This document shows positions 56,885-64,000 of a DNA stretch of 64,000 bases, in pieces. The first letter of the stretch is position 1; every line of letters begins with the position of its first letter. Where the stretch lies: sequence record NC_007623.1; one strand, written 5' to 3'. Made by a program: the position numbers and the translations under genes. The notes beneath the pieces were generated by a model that worked only from the letters and a program-made list of their open reading frames with translations, had not been told where the DNA came from and did not search any database.

Positions 56885-56917
56885 GGTAACCTGGGGGCCT
56901 AGAGCCCCCAGGTTATC
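56885..56917. terminator. Hairpin/terminator
   Basis: 14-bp stem GGTAACCTGGGGGC/GCCCCCAGGTTATC. Confidence 0.6.
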
Positions 56918-56979
56918 TTATGACATACATGGTGACACCTCGTCTCTATACCGCTGTCTAACTGAAAAGGGCCCTCCTA

Positions 56980-57588
56980 ATGTCCAACGATTACAAAGCA
57001 CCTGAGGTTACTGACCTCGGTAAGAAAGAAGAAAGTCCGAAGACCCAACCTACGCCTTCCATCCCCAATACGGTGGCTAAGGCTCAGGGTGCTAAATTCG
57101 AACCCGTACCTCTCCGTATTGGCATTGGCCAAATGGTCAATGGCAAAGGTAATGCGGTCACGGATATCATGAAAGAACGGATTGACCGTCACCTGACCTA
57201 CCTGGCCGGTAAGAAAGGCTTCACCAGTGATAGTGAACGGGAGGATGAACAAACCTCCTTTATCGAGATCATTGGTTCTACACTGACCCTTCCGTTTCCC
57301 CAGTACGTCATCGTTACTGACTACCTGTTGGCGGTTATCCGGGAGAACCGGGAAATCTTTGCCAACGGTACGGCATTCCGCTTTACCTACAAGCTCCGTA
57401 AGGAGTACCCGATAGAGAACGTTAAACTCTATCACACCTACATGACCTTCCTGACGTTCATCGCGGGTAACTGGGAAGCTCGTCATCGCCTTAACCGCAT
57501 CATTGATCTGGGAACGGCTATCCGCGATCTTCCTCGTAAGGGCAAAGAGAACGCCACCCAGTACTTCAATAAGCTGCAAAACGTTTGA
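56980..57588 (+). CDS. Conserved hypothetical, probably structural protein (202 aa)
   Basis: AAGGG RBS; TTATG motif upstream. Confidence 0.7.
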   Translation: MSNDYKAPEVTDLGKKEESPKTQPTPSIPNTVAKAQGAKFEPVPLRIGIGQMVNGKGNAVTDIMKERIDRHLTYLAGKKGFTSDSEREDEQTSFIEIIGSTLTLPFPQYVIVTDYLLAVIRENREIFANGTAFRFTYKLRKEYPIENVKLYHTYMTFLTFIAGNWEARHRLNRIIDLGTAIRDLPRKGKENATQYFNKLQNV

Positions 57589-57624
57589 TTTCCCTTTAGA
57601 CTCTTTATCCAAGGAACGCTTCCA

Positions 57625-58701
57625 ATGGACAGTGTTGTACTTACCGAAGAAGACGGTAATGGTTATGAAATCCCGGATCTCCCTCATATCGGGATTGTGT
57701 ATGATGCGCTTAACGATACCCTGGATCAAGTGGATCGGGGTGTTGCAGGTACGGAAAGCCTGACCGCCTCCCAACAGTACCTGGTGGGTGCACTCGCTGC
57801 GAACCGACCTGGTTACTCGGTGACCGGTAACGAAGGCTTTATGGCCAATATCGGTGCAGGTCTTAAAGCCGCGTATGACTACGTGGTGAAGATGTTCAAG
57901 AGCCTCTGGGACTTCTTCTTCAAGCGTGATGTCTCTCAGAAGACCTCGGATGCTAAGAAGGAGATTGATGACCTCCAGACAAAACTGGAGGTGGTTCAGA
58001 CCGGGGGTAAGACGGAAGCGGAAACCCAGGAAGCCCTGCACTCCATGAAGGTCCAGGTTAAGGAACAGGCACAATCTGGCTTTAACATCGACGGGGTAGA
58101 CGCAGAAGAATGGGTGGAGAAAGAGACGAAGGCCTCCGCTACCCATGAGGAGAAGAAAGTCGCGGTTAAGACCCTGGCCAGAGAGCTTCCTAAGGTCAAC
58201 ACCCGGGGCAAGAAACGCCTCCAAGGTGTCATTGAGCGGATGATCAAAACTCAGCAATATTTGGTCAGTGTGATTGATATCGCCGATAAAGAAGCTCGGG
58301 AAACCCTGAATGAAAACCTCATGCGGGTAACGGACTCTATGAAACTCCTCCGCACCAATGTTCATCAGTCTACTGAGCAACTGAGTCGAGTGAAAGACGT
58401 CAAAGACCTGACGGCTGTACACAACGTCATGAACGGTGTTATTAAAGAGATCGATACCTTTAAGAATGCTGCTCAGGCCGTGCAGAGTGTTCGCGGCAAA
58501 ATGGCTGACAAGATTAAGATCGTTGAACAGCAATTGGCCGAGGTGGCTAAAGGTGGAGGTGACACCAAAGCGACTCAAGCAGCGCTGGATGAACTCCGCA
58601 AGATCATGAACTTCCTGGTTAAATGCGGTAAATGTATTACTAACATCATTGAAGACAGTGTGAAGCTCCAGAAAGCCTTTAATGGTGTCTTCGGGCTGTA
58701 A
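57625..58701 (+). CDS. Putative internal head protein
   Basis: AAGGA RBS; GNE|GF followed by an amphipathic helix (YDYVVKMFKSLWDFF); coiled-coil body. Confidence 0.6.
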   Translation: MDSVVLTEEDGNGYEIPDLPHIGIVYDALNDTLDQVDRGVAGTESLTASQQYLVGALAANRPGYSVTGNEGFMANIGAGLKAAYDYVVKMFKSLWDFFFKRDVSQKTSDAKKEIDDLQTKLEVVQTGGKTEAETQEALHSMKVQVKEQAQSGFNIDGVDAEEWVEKETKASATHEEKKVAVKTLARELPKVNTRGKKRLQGVIERMIKTQQYLVSVIDIADKEARETLNENLMRVTDSMKLLRTNVHQSTEQLSRVKDVKDLTAVHNVMNGVIKEIDTFKNAAQAVQSVRGKMADKIKIVEQQLAEVAKGGGDTKATQAALDELRKIMNFLVKCGKCITNIIEDSVKLQKAFNGVFGL

Positions 58702-58711
58702 CCCTGGTAAC

Positions 58712-58753
58712 CCTTACTACCCCTCTCCCCGTGAAGGGAGAGGGGTAGTAAGG
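58712..58753. terminator. Hairpin between convergent genes
   Basis: 18-bp stem CCTTACTACCCCTCTCCC/GGGAGAGGGGTAGTAAGG. Confidence 0.75.
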
Positions 58754-58757
58754 TCTA

Positions 58758-60563
58758 TTATGCGGTGTCTTGCACGGGTTCTTCCGTATCGATGTTAATA
58801 CGGGATTTACGGTTACGAGCGTTCGCTTGCATCTCCTTAAGCAGTTCCTCTCGACCTGTTTCCACCATTAACCGTTCAAACTCATCCTTCAATTGATCTA
58901 ATTGAGGGAATCTAAACAAATCATGGCATAATCCAATGGCGTTCGCTTCTGCACTGCTCGCAAAGTTCACCCCAATCTGCCTGAACTTATTGCCGTCAGC
59001 GCCTTGAATCCGAAACACTTCCATTTGTGTGGTACGATTCCCGACGTTCAATGCCAAGGTCGCGTGAGGGTACGCACCTTCAACATCGATATCGGACGAA
59101 TCTGTACGCCCAGTGCTGTATACATCAGCGAGTCCATGGAAGAGCTGAGCGCCGACATCCGCATTCTTCTCGGTATCGAGTAACGCAATCCAGTTTGACA
59201 ACGGAGGCAGTTTATCAATAATGGATTGATCGCGTTTACGAGGGGTACTCCCCCACACAAACCCATACCGGCGTGCAAAGAAACTCAAGGTATCACTGAC
59301 CAACTTGGGTTGAGAGACGTAGTTAAAATACTCCGAATACTTCAACAACATAGGAAGTGACAATGACAAGTCATTGGTCTTCTCATTGATCTCTTCAATA
59401 ACGAAGTCATCCCCAATGTTGTACATGCAATACAGATACGGCCATTTCCGTTGCATGTAACGGTGCCACTGAGGCGTACCCGGTCGGATATGAGCACCTT
59501 CTTCGGTATACAGTTTACCCGGTACGTTCACATGCTTCGCTGCTCCTTCTAACGAAACATCAGGAAGTTTACCTTCAGACGGTTGACGCTTAATGCAGAA
59601 GAACGACATCGCGTCTAACCATTGCCAGGTGGCCATGGTTCGAACAGTGGGCCATTTCTCTTGAGGTTCCAAGGGCATTTTAGAACCGTCTTCCTTGACT
59701 TTGTGGGTTCTCCCTAAGTTCAGCTCGTAATACCGAAATTCCTTAGGAATACTGGGATCGCAATACACATCCTCCAATCGATACCCTTCATTCCTAAGGG
59801 CTTCCTCATTCTTGGTCATGTCGTATTCAGCATTCCAACTGGCGACCCAGTCCGGTTGCCATTCGTGCATCTTGTTGATACACGCCACCACCACTTGACC
59901 TGGGGTATCAAAGAGTTCGTATTGAACCACACACTGACGCCGTTTAAGGTGTTCACTCAACCACTTGCCTTCAGCGTCTTTAAGGTGCTTAAGAATCGTG
60001 GCGTCATCCGGTTCTTTAAACCAACTCCGTACGGCTGCAAAATACGCCTTACGCTTCATGGTAACCGAGGCCATCATAATGGGGTTACCGGGAGCATCCA
60101 TGTCGGTTTCAACGTCGTACGCTGCTACGGTAAAGGGTTCCTTCTCCTGATGTTCTCCATATTTCTTAAAGAACTGGTGTTTAATGTGCACCGGAGGGGT
60201 TTGGTCTAAGCCGAAGACGTAAGGACTTTCTTTAGCTTCCGCTAGACTGGCTTTATAATCTGCTCGTCCATAGAGCTGTTTAATCACATTAAAGGCAATC
60301 TGTGCCCGGGGAGCCTTGTACTCCCGACACCAGGATTCTTCAATGTAATCTTTATGCTGTTTGTACTTCCGTTTGTTCTCTTTAACAATGTAGTACGGTT
60401 GCTTATAATCCTTAATCGAAATAAACGATTGACTTCGACCACCATCTTCATGAATATTGGTGATCTTTACACACGTTAAATCACTGCCCCTGTTGAACCT
60501 GCTGACCGAGTAATTACTGTGTTTGCAGACTTTAGCGACAATGGGTGAAGTATTCTCGACCAT
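58758..60563 (-). CDS. Family B DNA polymerase N-terminal half: 3'-5' exonuclease plus motif A (phiKZ gp82-like)
   Basis: ExoI YDVETD, ExoII WNAEYD, ExoIII YNIGD, motif A DIDVEGAYP. Confidence 0.85.
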   Translation of the reverse strand: MVENTSPIVAKVCKHSNYSVSRFNRGSDLTCVKITNIHEDGGRSQSFISIKDYKQPYYIVKENKRKYKQHKDYIEESWCREYKAPRAQIAFNVIKQLYGRADYKASLAEAKESPYVFGLDQTPPVHIKHQFFKKYGEHQEKEPFTVAAYDVETDMDAPGNPIMMASVTMKRKAYFAAVRSWFKEPDDATILKHLKDAEGKWLSEHLKRRQCVVQYELFDTPGQVVVACINKMHEWQPDWVASWNAEYDMTKNEEALRNEGYRLEDVYCDPSIPKEFRYYELNLGRTHKVKEDGSKMPLEPQEKWPTVRTMATWQWLDAMSFFCIKRQPSEGKLPDVSLEGAAKHVNVPGKLYTEEGAHIRPGTPQWHRYMQRKWPYLYCMYNIGDDFVIEEINEKTNDLSLSLPMLLKYSEYFNYVSQPKLVSDTLSFFARRYGFVWGSTPRKRDQSIIDKLPPLSNWIALLDTEKNADVGAQLFHGLADVYSTGRTDSSDIDVEGAYPHATLALNVGNRTTQMEVFRIQGADGNKFRQIGVNFASSAEANAIGLCHDLFRFPQLDQLKDEFERLMVETGREELLKEMQANARNRKSRINIDTEEPVQDTA

Positions 60564-60647
60564 TCCTTAACCCTGCATTTTATGATTGCTTTGGAGACTA
60601 TACCAATAGGGGTATAGGTCGGTATTTACAGTAGGAGTAACCCGTTA

Positions 60648-62009
60648 ATGTTGGACATGAGTTTTATTACCCGAAAGGTAGCGGGTACGGAGTTCATTGA
60701 GTTCCAGAATGCCACCTTTAAAGACGAATTAACCGCTTGTTTGGATCAGTACATTACGATTACTGATAAGCGTGTGGTATTATCCCCTGATTGCCAAGTG
60801 GACGTACTGGGACTCATTAAGAAACACACCGGCTTTAGCAACATAAAGCTGGAGTTGAACGACAGTGGTAACCTGTACATCGACGCGGGGTATTTCTCCC
60901 CGAACCATGTTCTGAACAACACGGGTACTGATGTGTTGATTCCAGCCTCTAAGACTACCCTGTATCGGTGGTTTGTGGAGAACAAGAACAAGATCTTTAA
61001 AGGAGGTGTTGATTACCGCTCCGGTAAAGTGACTGGTTCGTTCCAAGACGTCCCCTTGACTATTGGGATCAATGTCAACCTGCATCAGTTCTTCCCGTTG
61101 GATAAGATCACCAAATGGAAAGTCTCCATGGGGGGCGCGCTAGCGGGTGGTATTGCTCACGAACTGGGACATGCCTTTGGGGGGTGTGCGCTCCTGCTGA
61201 CTCACCTGGAAGACAACCTGGTAGCCCGAGCTGGCTTGGATCAGTACCGTAAAGCCACCAAAGCAGAAGAACGGGTGATTATCCTGAAAGACACCGCTGC
61301 TATTCTGGATGTCCCAGAAGCCAAGTTGGAGGAACTGAAGAGCTTTGCCGCCCAAGAAGATGGAGAGAACTACCTCCTCTACTACACCAAACTGCTCTCT
61401 CAACGGAATAACCGTCGTGCCCTGTCAGTTGGGGTTCCTGAGATGACCAGTGAAGTGATTGCGGATATGTACGCCATTCGTATGGGCTTCAGTAAGGAAG
61501 TGATTGCTGGGATCAGCGCTTTGGTGGACCGTGGTGTTTTTACCATCGCGACGGAGACCTTCCTGTTCGGTGCCGTTGCAACACTCTTCTTGTTTTGGCC
61601 TACAGCCGCTGTCACTATCATTGTTACCGGGGGAACGACGGCGCTGGGGGGTATGTTGTGGGGGGTCTTTGCCCTCAGTTCGGCCTTCGCGTATTTCCAA
61701 GCCGGGTATTCCGGGGTCTACAATTCCGACCACCGCCGTATGGAAGATGCTCTGCGTCAATTGATTGCTAAACTGAAAGCCAGTAAAACTGTTTCCAGTG
61801 AGGAACGGGTACGGTTGATTGACGACATCACCAAAGCCCTGGAAGCGGTTAAGAAACTTAAACCCTGGTACGACAACACTGTCCTCTACCGCTTTATTGG
61901 TTGGGTTTTCTCAGGCAGCGATTTCCGTAAGCAAGAAATCGAACACTTTACTCAATCCCTTAATAACCATGAACTGGCAGTCTTGTCCAGTCAACTGAAA
62001 ACGCTCTAA
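60648..62009 (+). CDS. Putative virion protein with zincin motif and hydrophobic segment
   Basis: AGGAG RBS; HELGH and EVIADMYA; long hydrophobic stretch near aa 300-350. Confidence 0.6.
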   Translation: MLDMSFITRKVAGTEFIEFQNATFKDELTACLDQYITITDKRVVLSPDCQVDVLGLIKKHTGFSNIKLELNDSGNLYIDAGYFSPNHVLNNTGTDVLIPASKTTLYRWFVENKNKIFKGGVDYRSGKVTGSFQDVPLTIGINVNLHQFFPLDKITKWKVSMGGALAGGIAHELGHAFGGCALLLTHLEDNLVARAGLDQYRKATKAEERVIILKDTAAILDVPEAKLEELKSFAAQEDGENYLLYYTKLLSQRNNRRALSVGVPEMTSEVIADMYAIRMGFSKEVIAGISALVDRGVFTIATETFLFGAVATLFLFWPTAAVTIIVTGGTTALGGMLWGVFALSSAFAYFQAGYSGVYNSDHRRMEDALRQLIAKLKASKTVSSEERVRLIDDITKALEAVKKLKPWYDNTVLYRFIGWVFSGSDFRKQEIEHFTQSLNNHELAVLSSQLKTL

Positions 62010-62019
62010 GGAGTTTATA

Positions 62020-62466
62020 ATGTCTCACCTCGCCCATGTAAACGATTACCGGGGTTACCTGACCAGTCAAGGGGTTACGTGCCCGTATGCGTTGACCACG
62101 GCCTGCCAGGAAGCCTACATCCGCGCCATTCTCAAACGCCATGCTCGTTCCCAGGACAGTTTCACCCTGGCAGAAGACGAAGAGAATAGCATCTGGGTGC
62201 AGCTCGATAAGTGGAATTCGGTGTATCCGATCAATGCTTCCTTCATCGTGGAATCGGTTAAACTCCGTCTGACCCGTATTCGCGGCTGTCTGATGAAAGA
62301 AGGTAAAACACCCGGTAATGCGGAATTCGATGTGTATCTGGATGTGAAGCGAACCTGTCCCGAGTCGGGTGACACCACGGTGGATAAACTCGATGCCACG
62401 GACAATGATCTGTTCTGTGAGCTGGTTCATTTCCTCTACAATGAATTGGTGAAAGGCAATGAGTAA
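62020..62466 (+). CDS. Hypothetical protein (148 aa)
   Basis: AAGGAG RBS; coupled to neighbours. Confidence 0.7.
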   Translation: MSHLAHVNDYRGYLTSQGVTCPYALTTACQEAYIRAILKRHARSQDSFTLAEDEENSIWVQLDKWNSVYPINASFIVESVKLRLTRIRGCLMKEGKTPGNAEFDVYLDVKRTCPESGDTTVDKLDATDNDLFCELVHFLYNELVKGNE

Positions 62467-63976
62467 TCCAGTGAGTTCGTATTTCCAATTGAGTGATCCG
62501 GTTGACGGCGTGCTCCCAGGTGATGATAAACAACTCATTGACCTGGATGAGTACTACGAAGAAACCGGTCAACCCGTGGTGGATGCGATGGTCCAAGGGA
62601 GTGAGAGCCTCGCGCTCAATCGCTTCTCTCGGGACATTGCTATCCAACTCAAACTGAAGAATGCGTATGAAATGGATCCTTTCCCAACGGAACGTAATGC
62701 CGTGATGGGAGCGGAAGGGTTTATCTCTACCATTACGGAAGGGTTCAAGAAGTTCATTGAAGGGATCATCAAGTACATCAAGATGGCCTTTAAATGGGTT
62801 ATGGAACACATTAAAGGTCTCCTGGGCTTCCGTAAGAGCGCGCGTATTAACCAGGCGATTAATGACTCCTTTGAGAACCTCCGGGAGGAGTTCCGTCAGA
62901 CCTTGAACGGTCTGGGCTTCCCAAGTGCGAATTACAACCTGGAGAAGTTCATTGGGGAGTTCCCTAATGCCACCGACCGCATTGGTCAACTGACGATCCT
63001 CCGTACAAAGTTCGAAACCGATGAAGAGAGTATCGAGGCTCTTCGTAAAGTCTTCCCACTCTTCGAACAAATCATTGGTAAACTAACGGAGGCTTCTGAC
63101 AAGGCAATACGTGCGTCTGAAAACCTTAAAAGGACCATCCGTAACGAATACAACGCTACCCGGGGTCGGGCTCACCTCCGAGAGTACGTAGACGGTGCGA
63201 ACTCCCCTGAGGTTAACCGAGTCCAGAAAGCGGTGTTGGAAACCCTGACCTTCGTTAAACCGGATGGTTTAGTGGAACAGATCGGTCAGCTCCTGGAAAC
63301 CCTCTACAAGGTGAAGTTCGAAAACGAGGCGTTGAATGAAGGGTTCCATACCGTCCGAGAGACCCTTAAAGAGAACATTCAGGCTCAACGGGTGAAGTTG
63401 ACTCGGGTGAACACTCCGGTGATCATGGATCTCGTTCAGCAGCTCAACGCAGCGTATCTGACGATCTCGGATAAGGCGATCGACATGTCTCGGATTCGTC
63501 TGAGTGAGTTGGGTAATCTGGTGGATGTAACCGATGCTGAGAAGGTCAAGAGCATTGCGGGATACTACCAAGTCCCTGGACTCCTCAGTGATTACCAGGG
63601 CGTGGCGGTTGCCATGCGTAACTTCAGCCAATATTGCCAATCTGTAACCAGTCAGCTGTTGGCGGTTGAAAACCAAGTAGCAGCGTTGGTGGGTTGGTAT
63701 CACCGTTCTCACATGTGGTATTACCATGGTCTGCTGGATGACATTGAAAAGCTTCGTGAAATCAATATCCAAGCTCGCGAGGCGGGGCACTCTCCTGTGG
63801 CGAATGCGGAGGGTTATCCGACATTGACGTTGGATTTTATTCCGGAAGCGGATGCAAAGACCTTCCTGGAGAAGATGAGTGGGACGATGAAAATCGTGAT
63901 TGAAAACGACATTGGTGAGCTTCGTTCCAAGTACAATGCCTTGGCACGACAAACTGGATGGGGGAGACCCGTATGA
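62459..63976 (+). CDS. Putative internal head protein (505 aa)
   Basis: Acidic propeptide-like N-terminus, GAE|GF then amphipathic helix FKKFIEGIIKYIKMAFKW. Confidence 0.65.
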   Translation: MSNPVSSYFQLSDPVDGVLPGDDKQLIDLDEYYEETGQPVVDAMVQGSESLALNRFSRDIAIQLKLKNAYEMDPFPTERNAVMGAEGFISTITEGFKKFIEGIIKYIKMAFKWVMEHIKGLLGFRKSARINQAINDSFENLREEFRQTLNGLGFPSANYNLEKFIGEFPNATDRIGQLTILRTKFETDEESIEALRKVFPLFEQIIGKLTEASDKAIRASENLKRTIRNEYNATRGRAHLREYVDGANSPEVNRVQKAVLETLTFVKPDGLVEQIGQLLETLYKVKFENEALNEGFHTVRETLKENIQAQRVKLTRVNTPVIMDLVQQLNAAYLTISDKAIDMSRIRLSELGNLVDVTDAEKVKSIAGYYQVPGLLSDYQGVAVAMRNFSQYCQSVTSQLLAVENQVAALVGWYHRSHMWYYHGLLDDIEKLREINIQAREAGHSPVANAEGYPTLTLDFIPEADAKTFLEKMSGTMKIVIENDIGELRSKYNALARQTGWGRPV

Positions 63977-64000
63977 ATCGTGAAGTGTGTGAACTGGGTA
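63973..64000 (+). CDS. 5' fragment of the next gene (runs off the window)
   Basis: GGGGAG RBS and ATGA overlap with the previous stop. Confidence 0.5.

Noticed and set aside
1-64000. CRISPR array, tRNA or rRNA genes
   Set aside because: No regularly spaced direct repeats or cloverleaf/T-loop signatures noticed by eye; tRNAscan-SE and a CRISPR finder were not run.

Overview
This window is part of a phiKZ-like, nucleus-forming jumbo phage genome (Chimalliviridae). Gene order and intein positions resemble what I recall for Pseudomonas phage EL; no search was run to confirm this. It contains the tail tube/sheath and divergent structural block, terminase large subunit, HslV-like protease, PhuZ tubulin, both halves of a split family-B DNA polymerase, chimallin, the non-virion RNAP subunits, SbcD, an SF2 helicase, one virion RNAP beta' fragment and internal head proteins. 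Five selfish elements interrupt or flank core genes: three related class-3-type inteins (terminase, RNAP beta', helicase), a group I intron with an HNH gene splitting the RNAP NADFDGD motif, and a solo TnpB with omega-RNA motifs lying between a phage early-promoter motif and the RNAP beta gene. The most notable unannotated signals are: a T-TTT-TTT slippery site predicting a -1 frameshift that fuses the 574-aa ORF to the next ORF (tail-chaperone G/GT-like); the TnpB placement; a cluster of C-GNA-G triloop hairpins beside an AT-rich tract (origin candidate); a 17-nt early promoter motif seen six times; and a structured ncRNA candidate upstream of phuZ. Homologies come from motifs and synteny only. 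Several starts were moved to better RBS-supported codons than those in the ORF track.
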